Part shown: piece by piece, positions 56,868 through 64,000 of the stretch | How positions within the stretch are numbered: the first letter of the stretch is position 1 | Layout: each line of letters begins with the position of its first letter | Program-made: the position numbers and the translations under genes | The notes under the pieces: generated by a model | What the model was told of the DNA's origin: nothing | The model's input: only the letters and a program-made list of their open reading frames with translations | Databases searched by the model: none | Assembly (NCBI GenBank): GCA_032006665.1 | Contig: DALZMP010000019.1 | Span: 16,518 to 80,517, forward strand | DNA: 64,000 nucleotides | Direction of reading: 5' to 3' | Origin: Sedimentibacter sp. | GTDB taxonomy: Bacteria > Bacillota > Clostridia > Tissierellales > Sedimentibacteraceae

Positions 56868-57449
56868 ATGGAGGTCATTGTGAACAGTAGAATTGAAATT
56901 TGTGGAGCAATAGCTTCAGGAAAAACGACGCTGGCAAATGCTTATTCAAAGTTCGGTCAGAAGACTGAGCTTGAGGATTTTTCAAAAATTTCAATGTTGG
57001 ACGATTTCTATTCCGATCCACTTTCTGTGTCGTTTGAAACTGAAATATCCTTTACTTTGCAACATTATTATCAGATAAAAAAGGCGTTGCGAACCGGTGA
57101 ATATACGGTTTGCGATTTTTCATCTGTTGACGATTATGCTTTTGCATTAGCAATACTAAATGAAAAAGAAATGGAAATCTATAACCAGATTTTCTCCTAT
57201 GTAATTGAACAAATAGGTAAACCGCAAAAACTAATTAAGCTTTATGCTTCGGCAGATGAATTGATTTCAAGAATTAAAAACCGTGGTAGAGAGAACGAGC
57301 AAAGCATTAATAAGTCTTCATTGCTAAGATTTGAAGAAAGTCTTAGCATAGCAATTGAACGATTTTATGATGATGTGCCATTGATAAAGATTAACACGGA
57401 AGAGTATTCACCATCTGATTACTGCAAAGGATTCTTGGAAAACCTATGA
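56868..57449 (+). CDS. Deoxynucleoside kinase family protein (start may be GTG 56880)
   Basis: GAIASGKTTLA, FYSDP...FETEISF, RIKNRGRENE lid. Confidence 0.85.
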   Translation: MEVIVNSRIEICGAIASGKTTLANAYSKFGQKTELEDFSKISMLDDFYSDPLSVSFETEISFTLQHYYQIKKALRTGEYTVCDFSSVDDYAFALAILNEKEMEIYNQIFSYVIEQIGKPQKLIKLYASADELISRIKNRGRENEQSINKSSLLRFEESLSIAIERFYDDVPLIKINTEEYSPSDYCKGFLENL

Positions 57450-57670
57450 ACACCAACAATCGGGTCTCCAATATTATGCTGTCATAACTATCAAAGCTCC
57501 AAAACATGTTGGCGTCTTTATGATACAGTTCTTTAAACATATCAAAATTTGGTGCCGATTTAGATAATGAATGTAAATTGTATCATGATAGATGCTAAAT
57601 GGTATAAGCGTAAGGTTTCATGGTTTGACTCCAAAACATCCCGTATAGGTTATTCAAGACGAATTTAAAT

Positions 57671-57718
57671 AAAAAAGCATCAAAGAGGTCATAAATTGAC
57701 TTTTATGATGCTTTTTTT
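57671..57718. terminator. Bidirectional terminator between convergent units
   Basis: AAAAAAGCATCA...TGATGCTTTTTTT. Confidence 0.8.
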
Positions 57719-57849
57719 ATAAAAAAACAGGATAGTCCACTATAAGAACAATAACAAATTCTACGAAAAAGGTTGAAAAATGTTGTAAGCGTCAAATAAT
57801 AACCACCTATAAAAATAAGAAAAAAGAGATTCTAAATCATAGATATCTG

Positions 57850-58986
57850 TCATCTAATAAATATTTGTTTAATAATTCTGAATTTCCATTTATCCCCTCC
57901 ATAATAAAAATATTTCTTCTCCAAGTTCTCAATACTCCAACTTTTCTTAACAATGATTTGTTCATTACTTAATAACAACTCTAAAACTTGATTAGCTTTA
58001 ATTGAAAATCTTTTCTTAATAATATCTAATAATATATTATCGACTAAAATCCCAAAAGTATATGGTAAAAATAATAAATATAGAAAGTTATTAATATTGC
58101 TTTTAGAAAAAGATTTTAAATAATTTTCAAATTCTACGGGATAAATTAACGTTATCTCGGCAAATTTTACTTGTAATTTTTGAGTTTGTGATATGTAGTC
58201 CATAATTTGAGGCGTTATCGATTCGGAGAAAAAATATCCTATTATTCCTAATAGGAAGATTAAAACATTAACCATTTTAAAAGAAAAAACTAATTCCTCC
58301 AATTGGTAAGCAGGAGTAGATAATATATAAACACAATGTAGTATTATTGATGATATTATGGTTACTATTGTGAAAATAGGAAATTGTTCAAGTATAAAAA
58401 TGGTCTGAATCAATACCTTAATAGCTGATTCGGAAATAATAAATTGTGCATTAATTCCACTGTTTTGTGTAATAAGTAAGAATTGTGATATTATTACAAA
58501 TGTTCCTAAAATCAGTATTATTAAACCTTGAAGGGTTGATAATAATATACATATAATTTTCAATATAATTTTTATTTGAACTCGATTTTCCATAATAGAT
58601 AATCCTGCAAATGCAAAATAAAATGTAGAATAAGTTATTAAGCAAAATAATAGATTGTTTTCAAAATAAATTACTATACTTGGAAATTTTAAAAATATTA
58701 ATGCTAAAAACATTAATATGCCAACACATTCTATTAATTGATAACCTCGCATCTTTTGATCTAAATCCTGTACTTGTTTATTTAATAAATAATACTCCAA
58801 CCGTTTTAGTTTATTTCCTCTATAAATTACTCTATAAAGTAAAACCATACTACATATTATATTTGCTATAATATAAATGTATAAATTATTAGTTATTATA
58901 TGTATTATTGTTGATATTGAAAGCATTAGATAAAAAATGACAAAACTATTTGTCATTAATATTCTTTCATTTTTAAATAGCATCAT
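57850..58986 (-). CDS. Polytopic membrane protein of unknown function
   Basis: 378 aa, many hydrophobic segments, AGGAGG RBS on the minus strand. Confidence 0.75.
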   Translation of the reverse strand: MMLFKNERILMTNSFVIFYLMLSISTIIHIITNNLYIYIIANIICSMVLLYRVIYRGNKLKRLEYYLLNKQVQDLDQKMRGYQLIECVGILMFLALIFLKFPSIVIYFENNLLFCLITYSTFYFAFAGLSIMENRVQIKIILKIICILLSTLQGLIILILGTFVIISQFLLITQNSGINAQFIISESAIKVLIQTIFILEQFPIFTIVTIISSIILHCVYILSTPAYQLEELVFSFKMVNVLIFLLGIIGYFFSESITPQIMDYISQTQKLQVKFAEITLIYPVEFENYLKSFSKSNINNFLYLLFLPYTFGILVDNILLDIIKKRFSIKANQVLELLLSNEQIIVKKSWSIENLEKKYFYYGGDKWKFRIIKQIFIR

Positions 58987-59399
58987 TATACTCCCTCCTA
59001 AATAACCTTATTATATTACCATAATATAATAAAATCTAGGTAATTTTATATTGTAAATCTAGAGGAAAATAAACATTTTTATATAAAGAGTTTTAACTAT
59101 GAAATTGAGTCCTAAAATATAAATACAAAAACAATTGGAATGTATTTCACATTCTTCTGCTCAAAAAAATTGAGCTTTCTTTTTTTTTATTCAAAATAAG
59201 CTCACTAATCTTTCCAATAATAATATTTTGTTCATACTTATCTAAGTGTCTAAAGACTCCCAATAATTCTGATTCCTTTTCTGTCATTACAAATATGCCC
59301 CCAACTATTTAATGGTATATAATAGTTATCGACAAACATATGCATTATTTTAGTATAATAGGATAAATTTATCAAATAGAAATAATTATCGGCATATGT

Positions 59400-59834
59400 T
59401 TATTTATTTAACCTGTCTCTTAATTCCATATTAATAAGTTCTTCAGAGCATTCAACTTCAAGATTACTTTCTTCAACATTCTTATTATAAATCATTTCAG
59501 ATATTTTCCCAATAATAACATTTTGCTCATATTTATCTAATATTCTGAAATCTTTAAGCAATTCCATTTCGTTCTCAGTTAAATTATGTATATCATTGTT
59601 CTTATCAATTGTTGCGCTAGAATTGTCGGACTTTCCTAACAGATAGTCAATTGAGACATTAAAATACTCAGCAAGAACAACAAGGTTTTCAATAGATGTT
59701 GATTTCTTTCCATTCTCTATATCACTAATTTGCGTCTTTGAAACATTTATTAAACTACCAAGGTCTTCTTGTTTTAATTTGTTTTCTTTACGAAGTTGTT
59801 TAAGGCGTTGAGCTAAAATATCTTTAATAAACAT
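59400..59834 (-). CDS. XRE-family repressor (ImmR-like)
   Basis: RLKQLRKE..LKQEDLG...ISDIENG...FNVSIDYLLG; GAGGTG RBS before ATG 59834. Confidence 0.9.
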   Translation of the reverse strand: MFIKDILAQRLKQLRKENKLKQEDLGSLINVSKTQISDIENGKKSTSIENLVVLAEYFNVSIDYLLGKSDNSSATIDKNNDIHNLTENEMELLKDFRILDKYEQNVIIGKISEMIYNKNVEESNLEVECSEELINMELRDRLNK

Positions 59835-59845
59835 AAAAACACCTC

Positions 59846-59901
59846 TTGACAATTAGCTAAAAGCGAATTATAATATAAATATAATTAGCTAAAAGCTTAT
59901 T
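59846..59901 (+). promoter_or_regulatory. Consensus promoter with two operator boxes
   Basis: TTGACA-17 nt-TATAAT; AATTAGCTAAAAGCGAATT (59851) and AATTAGCTAAAAGCTTATT (59883). Confidence 0.8.
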
Positions 59902-59929
59902 ATTGTTATTGTTTTGAGAAAGGACAATT

Positions 59930-60151
59930 TTGAAGATGTTGAATATGCGACAAGAACGAATAAAAAATAAATGGACTCTACAATATGTTTCAAAAAAAGT
60001 TGGAGTTACAAAAACAACCATTCATGATATTGAAATAGCAAAAAGAAGACCATCATATGAAGTTCTTATCAAGCTAGAAAATCTGTTTAACCTTTCTCAC
60101 AGGGACTTGTTCCAGCAAGTCCCTGATGAAAACATTTTATCAGAAAAATGA
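59930..60151 (+). CDS. Cro-like XRE HTH protein
   Basis: WTLQYVSKKVGVTKTTIHDIE...RPS. Confidence 0.85.
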   Translation: MKMLNMRQERIKNKWTLQYVSKKVGVTKTTIHDIEIAKRRPSYEVLIKLENLFNLSHRDLFQQVPDENILSEK

Positions 60152-60273
60152 AATAAATACAAGTTAAAACAATGCAATTTTTATATGTTCCATTGGAACA
60201 GAAGTGGAAAAAAGCTAGTTTTGTTAGGCTTAAAAATGATATGATTTTAAATTCTATACTATACCTCGTAAAG

Positions 60274-60498
60274 TTATTTGAATTTAAAGAAATGATAAAG
60301 GTTTTTTGCAAAAATATATAGTGCAACTATAAAAGAAAATATATAGATTATGAAATGTACATTCAAAGCATTATCTGCAAATACATCGAATAAAAAGATA
60401 GTCAAGGGAATTATTAAACCTGTGAAAGTAAGTAAATACTTTGCTATCCATAATATAAATTTTAAAAGATATCTTGCTACTGTTGTTCCTGTGTCCAT
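60274..60498 (-). CDS. Small membrane protein downstream of the second repressor
   Basis: Two hydrophobic segments; start overlaps the repressor end. Confidence 0.5.
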   Translation of the reverse strand: MDTGTTVARYLLKFILWIAKYLLTFTGLIIPLTIFLFDVFADNALNVHFIIYIFSFIVALYIFAKNLYHFFKFK

Positions 60499-60737
60499 GG
60501 TTTTACCCCAGTGCATACATTAGGATTAATAGGTTCATCGGTGCGACCAGTAAGGTAGTCTAGAGATACGTTAAAATAATTAGATAACTTCACTAGTTTT
60601 GAAGTTGGAGGGTCAACAGTACCAGCTTCATATCTTTGGTATTGACGCTCGGTTATATCTAATAAATCAGCAATTTGTTTCTGTTTTAATCCATTTTTAT
60701 TACGTAATAACTTTAAATTATTCGCAAATTTAAGCAT
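60477..60737 (-). CDS. Second XRE-family repressor
   Basis: LKQKQIADLLDITERQYQRYEAG...FNVSLDYLTGR. Confidence 0.9.
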   Translation of the reverse strand: MLKFANNLKLLRNKNGLKQKQIADLLDITERQYQRYEAGTVDPPTSKLVKLSNYFNVSLDYLTGRTDEPINPNVCTGVKPWTQEQQ

Positions 60738-60771
60738 ATTTAGTACTCCTCAATAAATATAATAAATACAC

Positions 60772-60826
60772 TTGACACGACGTTAAAAGTCTGATAATAT
60801 ACAAATGTGACGAAGCTAAATGTCGT
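60772..60826 (+). promoter_or_regulatory. Promoter with two imperfect ACGAC-N7-GTCGT operator boxes
   Basis: TTGACA-17 nt-TAATAT; ACGACGTTAAAAGTCTG (60777) and ACGAAGCTAAATGTCGT (60810). Confidence 0.6.
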
Positions 60827-60851
60827 TCAAGTTAATGAAAGGACGATGTAA

Positions 60852-61061
60852 ATGAGAATAAATTTAATAAATGCACGCAAAAATGCCAACTTAACTCAAT
60901 CTCAAGTCTCAAAGAAAATTGAAGTAAGTGAAAGACATTATCAAAAGTTAGAAGCTGGAACCTCTAACGGAAGTATAAAAATCTGGTGCAAATTAAAATC
61001 TTTATTCAATCAACCTATCGACTGTCTGCTAGAACAGGCAGTCGATACAAAGCAAATGTAA
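60852..61061 (+). CDS. Second Cro-like XRE HTH protein
   Basis: LTQSQVSKKIEVSERHYQKLEAG. Confidence 0.85.
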   Translation: MRINLINARKNANLTQSQVSKKIEVSERHYQKLEAGTSNGSIKIWCKLKSLFNQPIDCLLEQAVDTKQM

Positions 61062-61409
61062 CATTAAAATTATAGCAACTTATACCCCATATGTCAAATA
61101 ATTGCGAAGTGAAATAAATTTTAAAGTACATATGTTCCAATGGAACATATGTGCAAATATAGTTAATTTAGCTGCAATGGGTAATCTTGAAATTTCCCCC
61201 AATATCAAGAACTATAAAAAAACTATTGCAGTTAAGTTAAACCTTTTTTCTTTTTCAGTAAGCAGAGAATACATAAATGTATTTAATAAAGTAAAGAAGG
61301 TTGAAATAGCAGTAGTACTTTGAAAATTAAGTATTTTCTAAAATTATTTAACTAGATATGATTGACAGCCAACATTTTAGAAAATCTTTTTATATAGATT
61401 AAAGTATTT

Positions 61410-61690
61410 CAGGTACGTTACCAGATAACCGAAAGGGAAGCGACAGGAACTGGCTCGCCATGAAGATATAATCAAATATATTTTAGCGATTAAGTCAGCC
61501 AAATTCAAAATTAGTTAATGGTAAAGCTAATTCGCCATGACATGTCTGGGAAAATAATGATACTTCTTATCCTTGGAGCGGAATTCTTAAGGAGAGCCTG
61601 CCGACACGAAACAGTGCAGGAAAAGCGACTCTGGCTTTGATTAGACAGTAGATGCTTTTATGACACTTATTTTACCGTAAGTGGCTTGGA
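61410..61690 (+). ncRNA. Candidate structured non-coding RNA
   Basis: GC-richer ORF-free stretch with several hairpins and repeated CGCCATGA. Confidence 0.4.
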
Positions 61691-61805
61691 ATATTAGTTT
61701 TAATTAATATTAGAGTTATTTTCTGATAAGTCATCAGAGAATAATTGTGATATTAAAGTTATATATTGAATACAATTTTAGAGAATAGAATATATAGATC
61801 AAAAG

Positions 61806-62318
61806 ATGGATGAAATTATTTCTAAAAAATATAAGGAGGAAAGTATGAGAGAAAATCAGATGATACAACTTTATGAAAATAGAGGACTTAATGATTTTAA
61901 ACTTAACAATATTGATGATATTCTTGCAGTACATGGCTTAAATGTTTTAGAAACGGTTGGATTTGAAAACTTAACAGAAGAAAATAAGAAGCTCTTTAAG
62001 GACTTTATACTTAACTTCTTTAATGCTTGGGGACTTGTAGCAAGAAGTACTCTGTATCCAATAAATATAAACTATGTAATGGATATAGACTATTTAGGTA
62101 AAGAAAACACAAATGATGATTATTATATTGTTATAGGAAATAAAATTGAAATTATAAATGCTAATAAAATTATAACACTTTTAAAAGATTATAAATATGA
62201 TGAAAGCTATGATTTAAAATGTGTAGAGAAAGAAAAAAAATTATATTTAAGATTTGAATATGAAATATATGGTTCAAACGAGTGGCAACACGTTATAAGT
62301 GCTAATGAGTGGTATTAA
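61806..62318 (+). CDS. Hypothetical protein (start possibly 61845)
   Basis: 170-aa ORF; AAGGAGG precedes an internal ATG. Confidence 0.65.
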   Translation: MDEIISKKYKEESMRENQMIQLYENRGLNDFKLNNIDDILAVHGLNVLETVGFENLTEENKKLFKDFILNFFNAWGLVARSTLYPININYVMDIDYLGKENTNDDYYIVIGNKIEIINANKIITLLKDYKYDESYDLKCVEKEKKLYLRFEYEIYGSNEWQHVISANEWY

Positions 62319-62464
62319 TTATGAAATAAGTAAGAAAAAAGATAAAGACTTATTAAATTATATGATATAAAGCAGGACACACTATTTAATTGTTATAGTG
62401 TGTTTTTTAATTCTTAACTATTATTTCTGTTCCAATGGAACATATGTGAAAAAAGGGAGTAGCT

Positions 62465-64000
62465 ATGAATATTAAATATAATTTTGCTTCAACAGTTAAT
62501 GACTTGAAAAGTAAAAAAGTTATATCTTCAGAAAGCTCAGGTATTTTTAAATTTGGAAAATGTGTACTTGTTGAAACTTTTACAGGAAAGGTATATTCAT
62601 ATAATGTCATAAATTATGAAACTTTAAAAAGTAAGTATTTGTTTCACAGCAAAAATAAAATTAGAAAAGAAAAATATAGTGAAATTAGTGATAAGATAAA
62701 GAAACTAGATTTATATGATATTGATATGCCTTTTGAAAATGACGAAAAGATTGATGTTATATTTAATAGTCTTTTAACTCAATATGGTTATTGGATAAGG
62801 GATGAACAAATAGAGTTGGCAAAAGAAATACTTGAAGGCTTGAGAGATATGAAAGTTTCTTTATGTGAGGCAGGAGTTGGTATAGGAAAAACTTATGCAT
62901 ATATTGTTGCTGCCATATTAGATAAGATGAAGTATAACAAGGGTTTGGTAAGGCAGGAATATAAATTTAATAAAGATTTTAATAGTGAAACTAATATGCC
63001 TATTATTATAGCTACAAGTTCTATTGAGTTGCAGCGTGCAATTCATGAAGATTATATTCCTGAGTTATCTCGCGTACTGAAAGAAAATAAAGTGATTAAA
63101 AGGAATATCTCTTCTGTCATAAGGAAGGGAAAAGAACATTATATATGTGATATGAGGCTGAAGAAGTATTTTAAAAATATAAAAAATAATTTTGAATTAC
63201 TAAAAAAGTTAAAAAAATTGACTGAATGCATAATTGATCTAGATAATTTAGATATTGATAATTCGGTAAAAAATAAAATTAATGTTCCTCCAGGTTGTAA
63301 CAGAAAATGTACTGAATCAAAGAATTGTCAATATATGAAAATGTTAAAACAGTCTATGTCACCTGAATATGACATACAAATTTGCAATCATAATTATTTT
63401 GTGGCAGATGCAATACATAGGAAGCAAGGATTTTTGCCGTTATTACCTAATTATAGAACATTGGTAATTGATGAAGCTCATAAGCTAGGTGATACGTTCA
63501 GCGATATGTATTCTACAAATATTGAAAAGAAAGAAATTATAGAATTATGTAAATCAATTAGGAATAAAGATAAGGAAAAGGCATTTGAGAAAATTATTGA
63601 TGCTCTTGAAGATAATAATGAAAGATTCTTTAACTTGCTTATCAATCAAATTGACGAGTCTTGCCTAGAACAGGATACTGATAGGTTTGAAATTTATTTA
63701 AAGTCAATGGAAATAGGTTGTATAAATAAAATAATTAAGTATATTAGCTTTTTGGAAAACTCAAAATTTGATATAAATATATTAAGAGATCTAAGTAATA
63801 TAAAAAAGCGTTTTGAGTTATATCTTAGAAGTTTTAAGATAATTTATTGGTTTGAATATAGGAACTGCAAAATATCTTCTATACCTAAAAATTTGAATAA
63901 AGTTGTGTTTGAAGATATATGGAATAAGAAAATACCTATGGTCTTAGCTTCGGGAACGCTATCTAGTAATGGATCTTTTGATTATATGAAAAAAGAGCTT
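62465..64000 (+). CDS. dinG: DinG/YoaA-family helicase, 3'-truncated; not in ORF track
   Basis: Manual translation: RDEQ Q-motif, EAGVGIGKT, IATSSIELQ, RKGKEHYIC, Cys cluster, ICNHNY, IDEAH, LASGTL. Confidence 0.9.
   Translation, partial: MNIKYNFASTVNDLKSKKVISSESSGIFKFGKCVLVETFTGKVYSYNVINYETLKSKYLFHSKNKIRKEKYSEISDKIKKLDLYDIDMPFENDEKIDVIFNSLLTQYGYWIRDEQIELAKEILEGLRDMKVSLCEAGVGIGKTYAYIVAAILDKMKYNKGLVRQEYKFNKDFNSETNMPIIIATSSIELQRAIHEDYIPELSRVLKENKVIKRNISSVIRKGKEHYICDMRLKKYFKNIKNNFELLKKLKKLTECIIDLDNLDIDNSVKNKINVPPGCNRKCTESKNCQYMKMLKQSMSPEYDIQICNHNYFVADAIHRKQGFLPLLPNYRTLVIDEAHKLGDTFSDMYSTNIEKKEIIELCKSIRNKDKEKAFEKIIDALEDNNERFFNLLINQIDESCLEQDTDRFEIYLKSMEIGCINKIIKYISFLENSKFDINILRDLSNIKKRFELYLRSFKIIYWFEYRNCKISSIPKNLNKVVFEDIWNKKIPMVLASGTLSSNGSFDYMKKEL

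Larger units (their letters stand above)
60186..62442. repeat. Three dispersed copies of palindrome TGTTCCA(A/T)TGGAACA
   Basis: Copies at 60186-60200, 61133-61147, 62428-62442. Confidence 0.85.
1..64000. mobile_element. Internal part of a large conjugative element (ICE or conjugative plasmid) of a low-GC Firmicute
   Basis: oriT-like hairpins, MobC, relaxase, VirD4, VirB4, VirB6, PrgI, NlpC/P60, ssb, TA modules and defence cargo; no housekeeping genes; no integrase or att ends in the window. Confidence 0.92.

Noticed and set aside
57785..57800. GTAAGCGTCAAATAAT resembles an IS66-type terminal repeat
   Set aside because: No partner end or transposase found in the window; at most a remnant
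61102..61323. 73-aa ORF with TTG start
   Set aside because: No clear RBS or motif; it spans the palindromic site and is probably non-coding

Overview
An AT-rich Firmicute (clostridial-type) conjugative element, either an ICE or a conjugative plasmid; neither end nor an integrase lies in the window. Almost all genes are on the + strand. Left to right: (1) a Tad/type IV pilus locus with pilins, surface proteins, an HD-GYP protein, a type I toxin-antitoxin locus and a 2255-aa putative adhesin (1-18.3 kb); (2) oriT, MobC, relaxase and a Gram-positive T4SS (VirD4, Maff2/VirB2-like, VirB6, PrgI, VirB4, NlpC/P60), interrupted by a 1.64-kb transposase-less cassette with terminal inverted repeats (18.4-32.5 kb); (3) a RelE-type TA pair, an ArdC-like protein, ssb, and a putative replication module with antisense RNA and iterons (32.6-36.3 kb); (4) a ~21-kb defence island: an AbiEi-like regulator, a methyltransferase / GHKL-histidine kinase / receiver / HNH operon, type I RM, Mrr and a nucleotide-chemistry operon (36.6-57.5 kb); (5) two divergent XRE/Cro switches, a candidate structured RNA and a DinG helicase cut off by the window end. 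The most striking item is the 51.6-57.4 kb operon. It encodes an adenylosuccinate-synthetase homolog with PurZ/PurZ0 (2-aminoadenine, Z-base) signature residues, two nucleoside/nucleotide kinase domains, a PolX-N/PHP/DUF429 fusion and a catalytically degenerate dCTP-deaminase fold fused to a transmembrane helix. This suggests an undescribed modified-nucleotide (Z-nucleotide) anti-phage system. All calls come from motif reading only; no database searches were run.
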